A DNA stretch of 64,000 nucleotides from Steroidobacteraceae bacterium (GTDB taxonomy: Bacteria > Pseudomonadota > Gammaproteobacteria > Steroidobacterales > Steroidobacteraceae). Below are positions 49,007-57,009 of the stretch, piece after piece. A model generated the notes under the pieces. That model was given only the letters and a program-made list of their open reading frames with translations. It was not told the origin of the DNA and did no database searches. The stretch lies in assembly GCA_049792815.1 (NCBI GenBank), contig JBARBG010000081.1, positions 8,296 through 72,295 of the forward strand, read 5' to 3'. Every line of letters starts with the position of its first letter. Position 1 is the stretch's first letter. A program made the translations under genes and the position numbers.

Positions 49007-49495
49007 TGATCCACTCCTAATTTTTTCCGCTGCTAGCAATGATAGCGTCCCGCAATGAACAGTGCAAGCAATGCTAGCACCGAGACGATGCCGGCGTTGA
49101 GCTGTTATTGGTGTGCCGAAAGCCGACGCTCGTGAGCGGCAGGTACGGGTGCAGGAGCGCCGGTTCGACGGTCATCCCCATTAACGTTGCGACAATGACC
49201 GCTTTCTTGCGGCGCATCAGGCGCTTTCCGGCCCGGAGCTGCAGGTGGCGGATCAAAATAGGCTGCCACATAGCGGCCATTCCCGGTCTGCCCCGAAGTC
49301 CCCGGCGAGGTCAGCCAACAGCCTGGGTGTACAGGTTCCGGCAAGGGTCGAAATTTAACAGATATGCCTAGACGGTTCAGTTGGATAGTGAAAAGCACTT
49401 AACGCCACTTGATTGCCTGGCGGCAGGACACACTAACCGGTGAACAAGGCCGCCACGCCCGGTTTTTTACATAAAGGCGTAGCGTGCTACACGCA

Positions 49496-50731
49496 TTAAC
49501 GCGCTGGCGATCCAGCCCCAGAAGGATCTGAGACTTTGTCGTCCTTAAGGGCGAATCTAACCTGGAAGGTGATCTGCGTGGGCTGGCCGGTGGGATTGCT
49601 GTATTCGATAGTGTGAGCTGCGGCGGATGCAGCGGCGCCGAATCCCATCTCCCTCGGTTCTTCGGAAATGATTTGCGTATCCGTGGCGCGCCCGGCGGCA
49701 TCGAGCGTAACCGCCAGGACTACCACGCCCTCGATACCCAGCTTCTTTGCATCGGCTGGATAGTAATCGGATAGGTGAACTAGGCCGCCATAGTTAACAA
49801 TGCGAGGCTGCGCGTTTGCTTCATTGCCGGAGACCGCGTAAGCGTGAGCGAGCGCGCTGTTTTTGAGAGGGAGCGCCACAAGTATCACCGCGGGAACCAG
49901 GGCAGCAAATGCCCCAATGCGAAGCTTCATGGATGGTCTCCTGCGATTGTTCGATGAGGATATGATCTCGTTGATTCGATCGGAAATATTGGTTGAGGCC
50001 ATGGATATTGCGAGCGAAACGTTGTTTTGTGGGCCTCGGCCGAATTCCAGCAGAATTTCCGCGTAGGCGATCCGGTCACCAATCAATGCGATCGCAGCGG
50101 CGTCGCTGGTTGATTCGGCGAGTGCAGCCATCCGATGTTGCAGCCACCACGCTGCGGGATTGAACCAGAAAAAGCAGGTATACACGCGCGCCAGCCACAA
50201 CAGATAGCAATCGCACTCCTGAACATGTGCTGCTTCGTGGGCAATCACGGCGGCGCGCTTGTTGTGATTCCACGCAAAACAGTCTCCAGGCAATAACACC
50301 GTGGAGCCGAAGGTGCCGGGAGATCCAATCGTTCCGCTTATCCGGACATCCAGGTTATTGGTCCAAGGCTCGACGAGCCTCTTAGCAGACTTGAGAATCT
50401 GCCACGATCCGGCTAGCCCCGCCAAAAAGCGCAAGAGCAGAGCCGTAGTCACCAGGCAATACAGGGCAGATATTGCCACCGCCCAAGGAAAACTGTGGGC
50501 GCTCGTCGTTGTCGTAGCGAGCTGCAGGATTGTCCCCACCGCGTGGGGTGCATGCAGTGAAGGCGCAAGCGAAAACTCCTGCAGCAATGGCATTGCCGCA
50601 GACCCCAACAACACAGCCGTCCACACGGTCTTCTGCGTATGGCTGGTTGCCTTGAGGAAGGATAGCGCGGCATAAGCGACCAGTCCGAGAATCGTTGCCC
50701 GTACAGCTGCTTCGATTAGTAGAGCAATCAC
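49496..50731 (-). CDS. BlaR1/MecR1-like M56 metallopeptidase sensor fused to a C-terminal TonB-like domain
   Basis: 411 aa with N-terminal TM segments, a HEAAH zinc motif and a C-terminal YPADAKKLGIEGVVVLAVTLDAAGR (TonB_C). Confidence 0.75.
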   Translation of the reverse strand: MIALLIEAAVRATILGLVAYAALSFLKATSHTQKTVWTAVLLGSAAMPLLQEFSLAPSLHAPHAVGTILQLATTTTSAHSFPWAVAISALYCLVTTALLLRFLAGLAGSWQILKSAKRLVEPWTNNLDVRISGTIGSPGTFGSTVLLPGDCFAWNHNKRAAVIAHEAAHVQECDCYLLWLARVYTCFFWFNPAAWWLQHRMAALAESTSDAAAIALIGDRIAYAEILLEFGRGPQNNVSLAISMASTNISDRINEIISSSNNRRRPSMKLRIGAFAALVPAVILVALPLKNSALAHAYAVSGNEANAQPRIVNYGGLVHLSDYYPADAKKLGIEGVVVLAVTLDAAGRATDTQIISEEPREMGFGAAASAAAHTIEYSNPTGQPTQITFQVRFALKDDKVSDPSGAGSPAR

Positions 50732-51111
50732 GATGATTTACTCCTTTTCGCCTTCGCGATTTTTTGCGCCAACCGTTGCAACTCACGTACATCCAGAATC
50801 TTCGCGTTGACCATGCCAGCCAGAACATCTTCGACTGATCCATTGCAAAATCGATCGATGATGCCCTTTACGGCTCGAGCCGCGGCAGTAATGCGGCTCT
50901 CTACGGCGGTGTAGATGTAAGCACGATTCTCCGTGGTATGCCGCAGATAGCCCTTTTGTTCCAGGCGACTGAGAACCGTGCGGATGGTGGATTCCTTGAG
51001 CCGGCGACTCAACAGCTTCTGAACGCCGTCGACGCTTAAGGAGTCTCGCTTCCAGACCAGCTCAAGTACTTCACGTTCCAGATCGCCTAGGCCGGATACG
51101 TCATAACCCAT
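50728..51111 (-). CDS. BlaI/MecI/CopY-family penicillinase-type repressor
   Basis: 127 aa from MGYDVSGLGDLEREVLELVW...IRTVLSRLEQKGYL (winged helix). Overlaps the M56 gene start (ATGA-type). Confidence 0.8.
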   Translation of the reverse strand: MGYDVSGLGDLEREVLELVWKRDSLSVDGVQKLLSRRLKESTIRTVLSRLEQKGYLRHTTENRAYIYTAVESRITAAARAVKGIIDRFCNGSVEDVLAGMVNAKILDVRELQRLAQKIAKAKRSKSS

Positions 51112-51856
51112 ATCACTACCTCTTGTAGTGCTACAGAGCGTAGCGGATAGAAATGCAAATGTCAATGTGCTTGTTTTCAATCGCCGTTAGGCCTCAGCAT
51201 CAGCGGTTCTCGCGTCCAAATGCTGGCGCTGAACAGAATGGCCAATTCTGTCCAAAAGCCGCCCAATCTGGATCGGGTTCCTGCAGTAGTTCTCGAAATC
51301 GCGGTTCCTGATACCGGACATTGATAAAGGACAGCTTGGGGTGCATTTTGCTGCGCGTCGGACTGTGGGTCCAATTCGACCATCCGCGGCTGGATCGGCC
51401 GTCGCTCGGCGTTCTCGAATCCAAACATTCATGTCCATTCTCATTCAGAGTCGATCGTTCGGCGTGACTGGATGGAGCGCCCCGAAGCGCGGCGTTTCGG
51501 CTTGCCGATTTGACCAAACGGATGGACGACCGCAATTTGCTGGCGGGACGCGTACCGTGGAATTACCTGCGTCTCAAGTTGGTCAAAAGGCATTCCGTCG
51601 GGTCGAAAGAGGCCATGGATATGCTCTTGGTCGGTCAGAGGGAGGCGCCGTGAGTTAGCGGCTTGTAGTCTGTTGCGTCGCGTGCTCAACATTGGCATAA
51701 AGCGGCCACAAAGGCGCGATTGCGCGACAGAAGCGGGTGCCGTCGCAAATCATCCAAATGCATCCACGCATTGACGATGATGGAGGGTGGCTTGCCCTTC
51801 TGGAAACCCGCGGGTCGGAGACCGTTGCCGTATTGGAAGTCTACTCGAATTAGTAC

Positions 51857-53170
51857 ATGGGGTTCGTTATGAAGAGAATCACGGTGTATTGCTGGGTTCT
51901 ATTTGCGGTCTGTGCCGTCACTTCTTTGCCGGCGCAGGACATTGCCGGGACCTGGCAGGGAATGCTGCACGCCGCCTCCGGCCGCAATTTGCACGTTGTA
52001 GTGAAGATTGGAAGATCAGCCAGCGGTGGTTGGAATGCCAATCTTTACAGCATCGACGAGTCACCGGACGCGACTCCCTTCAGTTCCGTCAGCCTCAGCG
52101 GCAAGACCGTCAAGCTGGATATCGCGGACTTGCATGCGAGCTATCAGGGCACACTTGACCCGCGCCGCGAAGCCATTACTGGTACCTGGAGACAGATTCA
52201 GACCTCTACGCTAAATCTCCAACGCGCCACCGCTATTACCGCATGGGCGCTGGATTCGTCGCCGCACAAGGCGCGGTTCGTCACCGTGGAGAGGGGCGTT
52301 AGCCTGGAAGTGCTTGATTGGGGCGGCACTGGTCGCCCGTTGGTTTTTCTTGCAGGGCTTGGGGGTAATGCGCATGCCTTCGACAAGCTGGCGCCGAAAT
52401 TCACTGCGAACCATCATGTCTATGCAATCACCCGACGCGGTTATGGAGCCTCCAGCAGACCGGACCCTGCTATTGCGGATTATTCAGCGGACCGGCTGGG
52501 CGATGATGTGCTGGCGGTGATCGCGGCGCTGAAGCTGGAGCGACCAGTGCTGGCCGGCCATTCCATCGCGGGCGAGGAATTGAGTTCGGTGGGTAGCCGC
52601 CATCCCGAAAAGGTTGCGGGGTTGGTCTATCTCGACGCCGGCTATTCCTATGCCTATTACGCGCCTGGCAATGTTCTTCCGCTGGGCATCAATCTGCAGC
52701 TGTCGGCCCGCGACCTGCAAGCGAATTTGGACCGCCTGAAAACACTTCCGCCGCATGATCAGGACCTGGCGCCGGTGATGCAGGACGCGCAAGCCAGCCT
52801 GAAGCATTTCGAAGCAGACCTGGTGGCGACGCAGGCGGCACTCAAGGCCGAATCCGCCGACCCGGCGGATGCGTCAGCTCCGCCGCAATCCCGAACCAGC
52901 GCTGCCATTTTCAACGGCGCGCGCAAATACACGAAGATCGAGGTCCCTATCCTGGCCCTCTTTGAATCTCCACCTTTCCAGCCGGACGGCACGCCGCCTG
53001 AAGTTCGCGCGGCCGCGAACGACCAGTTCGCGAGCCAGGCCAATAGGTTCGAGGCGGGTCTGCCGTCGGCTCATGTCGTGCGCCTGGCGAACGCCCGTCA
53101 CGCGCTCTGGCAAACCAATGAGGCTGATGTATTGCGGGAAATGAATGCGTTCATGGCGGAGCTAAAATAG
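51857..53170 (+). CDS. Secreted alpha/beta-fold hydrolase with an N-terminal extra domain
   Basis: 437 aa with a signal peptide, GHSIAG nucleophile elbow and an LVFLAGLGGNAH oxyanion region. Confidence 0.7.
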   Translation: MGFVMKRITVYCWVLFAVCAVTSLPAQDIAGTWQGMLHAASGRNLHVVVKIGRSASGGWNANLYSIDESPDATPFSSVSLSGKTVKLDIADLHASYQGTLDPRREAITGTWRQIQTSTLNLQRATAITAWALDSSPHKARFVTVERGVSLEVLDWGGTGRPLVFLAGLGGNAHAFDKLAPKFTANHHVYAITRRGYGASSRPDPAIADYSADRLGDDVLAVIAALKLERPVLAGHSIAGEELSSVGSRHPEKVAGLVYLDAGYSYAYYAPGNVLPLGINLQLSARDLQANLDRLKTLPPHDQDLAPVMQDAQASLKHFEADLVATQAALKAESADPADASAPPQSRTSAAIFNGARKYTKIEVPILALFESPPFQPDGTPPEVRAAANDQFASQANRFEAGLPSAHVVRLANARHALWQTNEADVLREMNAFMAELK

Positions 53171-53506
53171 GCGTCAAAATGGCAAAGTCGGTATGGGCAA
53201 GGACAGAATTCCCTTTGAGAAGCAGGAACCCTGTTATGCCTTCGGAGCTAATGCCTGTTGAGTAGCGCCACATACCTAGCACCCCATATATCCCACGAAA
53301 TCGCGCGACGGTCATAGCATCGAAATCTTTGGGTCGCAATCCGCCGCCTGCCGCGCCGCAATATTCTCGTGGGTTCACATTCGCGACAATGATGATTAGC
53401 GGCCGCTGCTTTGACGCCTGAGAATGATGCATCCGACCGGAAACGGCTGCGGATTCAGGAAGCGCAGCAATTTGACTGCGGGTCGCGGGAATGCTGGAGT
53501 TGGGTC

Positions 53507-53920
53507 ATGGGGTTTACGATAATGAGTGCGACCGAAGTGGCAATTGTCACCCTTTGGACGCTATTGGTCGTAATGGCCGTAGCGCTGTTAGGCAAGGTCC
53601 TATTCGAAGATGCCGGAATGTCACATGAGCCGCTCGGTGTTCGGTTTGCGTTCAGCTCCTTTGCCTTAATTCCGACCTCTGTGTCATTGGCGCTTACGCT
53701 TCTGAGTCTTCTGCGCAAGCCAGACGGCCTTCCTCACGGACAGATAACTTGGCCCTTGTTCTTTGTTGGCGATCTTCTTGCAGTCCCAGTTGCAGTCCTG
53801 GCGGCGATTTTGCCACCCTATCGGAAGAAGGATTACGTACTTCACGCCATGTCCGTGGCGATTGCGTTGGCAGCGCTGGCTGCGGTTGCGGGCATGGTGA
53901 TGTACGGGCCGGGTGCATAA
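53507..53920 (+). CDS. Cassette ORF: small polytopic membrane protein, unknown function
   Basis: 137 aa from MGFTIMSATEVAIVTLW, with about 4 TM segments. A GTTGGGT core lies 1 nt before the ATG. Confidence 0.45.
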   Translation: MGFTIMSATEVAIVTLWTLLVVMAVALLGKVLFEDAGMSHEPLGVRFAFSSFALIPTSVSLALTLLSLLRKPDGLPHGQITWPLFFVGDLLAVPVAVLAAILPPYRKKDYVLHAMSVAIALAALAAVAGMVMYGPGA

Positions 53921-53943
53921 ATGCTTCAGCCAGCAACGTCACA

Positions 53944-54027
53944 GGCTAACATGCGTTTGAGAGGACGCGCCGTGAATAAACTGCTGGTAGAAATTTTGCA
54001 GCGCGCCGCTCAACTCTTGCGTTAGAT
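53944..54027 (+). repeat. attC site 1 (84 bp)
   Basis: GGCTAAC...TTGAG..GCGC // GCGC..CTCAA..GTTAGAT. The right half CCGCTCAACTCTTGCGTTAGAT closely resembles the class-1 aadA1 59-be right end as I recall it. Confidence 0.7.
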
Positions 54028-54044
54028 GAAGGACAAGGCTCTCC

Positions 54045-54467
54045 ATGATTCCCATACCTTCAGACTGGCGGCGCATTAAAAGATTGAGCGCATTGTTTCT
54101 CCTCGGGGCGGGGGCACTGGCCCTCTATTTCGGGCGGCATAATTTTCCTATTCGGGCCATTGGACTCATCGCGATAATGAGCACGGTGGTGCTTGCAAGA
54201 TCGCCACAGGGTCCCCTCTCAATTGCAGAACAGAAGAATCGTCCGCCGCCTCTGAATATTCTCCATTGGGCAATTGCAATATTACTCACGGGTGCCTCGG
54301 CATTATCCTACCGAATACTTTGGGTCACGGGACATGATGGAAGCACGTCGATTTGGCCTGTCTATGCATTCGCGGGGGCTGTCCTCATTGCCGGGGCCTA
54401 TTGGGCGGCTCTCCTGACGCGACTGCAGGAGGCCGGCACACGATGGCCCTGGACCGAACCCATCTAA
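54045..54467 (+). CDS. Cassette ORF: small polytopic membrane protein, unknown function
   Basis: 140 aa with about 4 TM segments. Starts 18 nt after the attC1 core. Confidence 0.45.
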   Translation: MIPIPSDWRRIKRLSALFLLGAGALALYFGRHNFPIRAIGLIAIMSTVVLARSPQGPLSIAEQKNRPPPLNILHWAIAILLTGASALSYRILWVTGHDGSTSIWPVYAFAGAVLIAGAYWAALLTRLQEAGTRWPWTEPI

Positions 54468-54729
54468 GATTCGAGCGGACGCGCCTTGAATACGGAACCC
54501 CACGGAGGATTTCAAGTCTCTGATGGGACGAAGGGTTAAATCAGCCATTTTCTGATGCCCGATACCGGACGCTCACCACCGGCGGGTTTGGGTGCTTACC
54601 CGCCGACCGTGGGCCAGTCAACCGAGGGGCAGCTTTCGGGAGGGGCATCGGACGCCTGCCGGCCCAAAGCAGACGGTGACCGACACTTATTGGTCGGCAC
54701 TTAGCGGCCGTTCGCCGTCTGCGTTAAGC
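54462..54729 (+). repeat. attC-like site 2, atypically long (left half at 54462, right half ending GTTAAGC at 54729), with inserted sequence
   Basis: The left half ATCTAAGATTCGAGCGGACGCGCC is complementary to GCGGCCGTTCG...GTTAAGC at 54704-54729. The centre carries the 57-nt repeat. An alternative short end is GTTAAAT at 54535-41. Confidence 0.4.
54505..54561 (+). repeat. 57-nt repeat, copy A (inside attC-like site 2)
   Basis: 49/57 identical to 56066-56122 by manual alignment. Confidence 0.7.
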
Positions 54730-54853
54730 TAAAACCCGGCGATGGTGAATCCCACCCGCACGGTAAGGAGTGCGCAATTGCCTTTGGACATATCGGTCAA
54801 GGGTAGGCGTCGTTTTCGTGGCCTAAGTTGTGGTTAGGCTTCAGGAGAAAGAC

Positions 54854-55378
54854 ATGCGTCGCCGTGCCGTCAAGAGTCTTTGCTTCTGCTTAACCTTGGC
54901 TAGCCTATGCGCGGTGACTAGTGCGCCCGCATCATCGGGTGAGCCTGAGCGACTTCACCTGACCGGCTACGTGTTCATCACGCCTGTAGATGAACGAAGA
55001 CTGCTCATCGCGGTGTCCGTTGCTCCAGGGCAGTCTGTTGAGCATCTATTCCTGTATACGGCGGGAAAGACGCCGCGCGTCCCAATGGTAACGCTCAACC
55101 TTCGAAACGTCAGAGCAACTGTAGAGTTCGAAGGTGGAAGAGTGCTCAAGATAATGCCGACTAGCCCCAGAGCTCAAACCATTCAGTTCACAGGCGGCCC
55201 GGCACTGACCAATTCCATGGTCATCAATTTTGAGTGGAATGCCGGCGCTGTTCATTACATCGCAACCCCACCTTTGAGCATTCGGGAATTGGAGTCGGTG
55301 CGCGTGGTGGGGGATTGCAACCTACGTCCCGCGGCCTGCGTTGATGCAGCGGGACAGCTGCTCCCGTTTCCAGAATGA
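54854..55378 (+). CDS. Cassette ORF: secreted protein, unknown function
   Basis: 174 aa from MRRRAVKSLCFCLTLASLCAVTSAPASS (signal peptide). GTTAGGC at 54833-39 and AGGAGA precede the ATG. Confidence 0.45.
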   Translation: MRRRAVKSLCFCLTLASLCAVTSAPASSGEPERLHLTGYVFITPVDERRLLIAVSVAPGQSVEHLFLYTAGKTPRVPMVTLNLRNVRATVEFEGGRVLKIMPTSPRAQTIQFTGGPALTNSMVINFEWNAGAVHYIATPPLSIRELESVRVVGDCNLRPAACVDAAGQLLPFPE

Positions 55379-55379
55379 A

Positions 55380-55484
55380 ACCTAACATGCTCGAGCGGAC
55401 ACGTGAATAAAGTGCCCGGGTCGTCAATGTGATCAACAGCAGTACAATGGCGTTGTACCGCGCCGCTCAACTCTGGCGTTAGGC
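55380..55484 (+). repeat. attC site 3 (105 bp)
   Basis: ACCTAAC-ATGCT-CGAGCGG ... CCGCTCA-ACTCTGGC-GTTAGGC. R''/R' pair 6/7 and L''/L' pair 6/7. Begins 2 nt after the stop codon. Confidence 0.75.
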
Positions 55485-55490
55485 TATCGA

Positions 55491-56030
55491 ATGAAATATT
55501 GCCTTCTCCTTCTTATCGTTTTTGCAGCACGCGCTGACGCCGCAGACTTCCGGGTTTTGAATATCGGTGATGCGTGCGTGGGCTTGGAGGCGAAGGAGGC
55601 CGCATTGGGCTCGAAGGCGATACCCCGGAATGGTACGCCTAATACAGTGACGAACGCATTTGAGGCGAAAGAATTCGGCCGTGATGTTGTCGTGCTGTAT
55701 CTCTGCAATGAAGGGCGTCTCAACACTGGCAATTACCGACTTCCACTTGAAGATCTGAACGATGCCGTTAAGAGTTTCCGGAACGTCCACGACCAGCTAT
55801 TAAGAAAGTATGGAACCTCATTCCTCGATAGCTCGCCGTGGCACGTGAGAGACGTAACCCAGCCAGCAATAATCAGCTCGCAACCAAATGAGTACTACAC
55901 GGAGTGGAGAACTCCTCGCCTATTAGCCCATTTGATGATTGTCCAAGGCCGCCAGCCCAACGGAAGTATTGGTGGTTGGACGGTATCGCTTTTCATCGTC
56001 CCTCCAGCGCCGCAGCTTAAACCTAACTGA
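55491..56030 (+). CDS. Cassette ORF: secreted protein, unknown function
   Basis: 179 aa with MKYCLLLLIVFAARADA (signal peptide). Starts 7 nt after the attC3 core. Confidence 0.45.
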   Translation: MKYCLLLLIVFAARADAADFRVLNIGDACVGLEAKEAALGSKAIPRNGTPNTVTNAFEAKEFGRDVVVLYLCNEGRLNTGNYRLPLEDLNDAVKSFRNVHDQLLRKYGTSFLDSSPWHVRDVTQPAIISSQPNEYYTEWRTPRLLAHLMIVQGRQPNGSIGGWTVSLFIVPPAPQLKPN

Positions 56031-56193
56031 CGATGGAGCTGAGGCACCGTGAATAAGGACACACCGAGGATTTCGAGTCTCTGATGGGCCGAAGCGTTGA
56101 TTCAGCCGTATTCTGAAGCCCGGGAGCGGTCGGTCGCGACCGTCAACAATGGGTCAACCAGCGTCGCCAGGGCCTTTGAACAACTATTAGGAT
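56021..56193 (+). repeat. attC-like site 4 (left half ACCTAAC at 56021, degenerate right end ATTAGGA at 56187-93)
   Basis: The left half resembles sites 1-3 (…GTGAATAAG). The centre carries the second copy of the 57-nt repeat. The right end GAACAACTATTAGGA is only loosely like the others. Confidence 0.35.
56066..56122 (+). repeat. 57-nt repeat, copy B (inside attC-like site 4)
   Basis: 49/57 identical to 54505-54561. Confidence 0.7.
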
Positions 56194-56225
56194 CCCATAT
56201 TCGTGCTGAAATCGGAGTCGCAACG

Positions 56226-56543
56226 ATGACTGATGCATGCAGCAATGCAGTGCCCAAGCCGGGAACCAGGCGCCCTCGCTGGACGTCGTTTGTCGCAGCT
56301 CCGCTGACCGGCAGAGCTATCCGCGGGTTACAGGAAGAGGGCAATCCACGCCATCGGGTCCGGGTGGAACACAATCGGGAGACGTTACTGGTCCACATCT
56401 CGAACGAGGACGGGGAAGGCTGGACAACTCTGGCAATTGATCGACCTACTCGGGAGTGGGCGATTGCCCAGCGGGAACGTCAACTGGATTCTGCCCAGAC
56501 CGCTTACAACCTTCTCTACGCAAGTGGTCAGGTTACGAAATGA
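56226..56543 (+). CDS. Cassette ORF: hypothetical protein
   Basis: 105 aa from MTDACSNAVPK. The track ORF starts at a TTG inside the repeat at 56097, which I consider unlikely. The stop overlaps the next start (ATGA). Confidence 0.35.
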   Translation: MTDACSNAVPKPGTRRPRWTSFVAAPLTGRAIRGLQEEGNPRHRVRVEHNRETLLVHISNEDGEGWTTLAIDRPTREWAIAQRERQLDSAQTAYNLLYASGQVTK

Positions 56544-56920
56544 TCGTCCCCATGCTTATCTGTGCGGACGGTGCCGCTGAGATTGAATTCTGCAAGCAAG
56601 CATTCGGCGCGATCGAATTGTCCCGTCGAATCGGCCAGGCTGGAGAGGTCGTACATGCGACACTCAAGATTGGCGAGGATATATTTATGGTGCACGGACA
56701 ATACCCGCATCTGAAGAGCATGGCCCCTGCCGATGATGGGAGTTCACCGGTCGTCATCTACTTGTACATCGACAACGTCGATGCTGTGATTGAGCGTGCT
56801 GTAGAGGCCGGTGCACAAGTCGTATTGCCAACAGCAGACCAGCCTTGGGGCGATCGAGTTGGCAGAGTCATGGATCCAGCCGGACATGTGTGGAATATCG
56901 CAACGCACCTCTACGGCTAA
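56540..56920 (+). CDS. VOC-family (glyoxalase/bleomycin-resistance/PhnB-like) protein
   Basis: 126 aa from MIVPMLICADGAAEIEFCKQAFGA...PWGDRVGRVMDPAGHVWNI. Confidence 0.75.
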   Translation: MIVPMLICADGAAEIEFCKQAFGAIELSRRIGQAGEVVHATLKIGEDIFMVHGQYPHLKSMAPADDGSSPVVIYLYIDNVDAVIERAVEAGAQVVLPTADQPWGDRVGRVMDPAGHVWNIATHLYG

Positions 56921-57009
56921 ACAGATGCTGGCATCCGGCGTCCCCATAAGCGGCCGTTGGCGAACGGCCGGTTGGGGTGCGCAGCAGCCGGCCGCTACTG
57001 CTTAGTGGC
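56915..57009 (+). repeat. attC-like site 5 (degenerate)
   Basis: GGCTAAAC overlaps the stop codon. Internal 8-bp palindrome CGGCCGTT/AACGGCCG. Right half GCCGCTACTGCTTAGTG resembles the GCCGCTCAACTC..GCGTTAG halves. Confidence 0.35.

Noticed and set aside
51200-51850. Possible decayed integron integrase (intI) on the minus strand left of the cassette array
   Set aside because: Only vague resemblance was found (RRLP..T..E; HGTRPASKLRSSIRLVKS versus YGTGMRISEGLQLRVKD). No box II HxLRHSFAT/LLGH/YTHV or IntI-specific insertion could be found in any frame. The orientation of the nearby GTTAGGC does not fit an attI.
53151-53432. 93-aa minus-strand ORF after the alpha/beta hydrolase gene
   Set aside because: There is no RBS, no recognisable family, and it overlaps the hydrolase stop. 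It is kept only as context for the inverted-repeat observation.
54515-54535. Hammerhead-ribozyme-like string CUGAUGGGACGAAG (and CUGAUGGGCCGAAG at 56080) inside the 57-nt repeat
   Set aside because: The strings recall the CUGAUGA...GAAA cores. However, there is no stem II between them, no stem I/III partners and no cleavage-site context. This is most likely coincidence.
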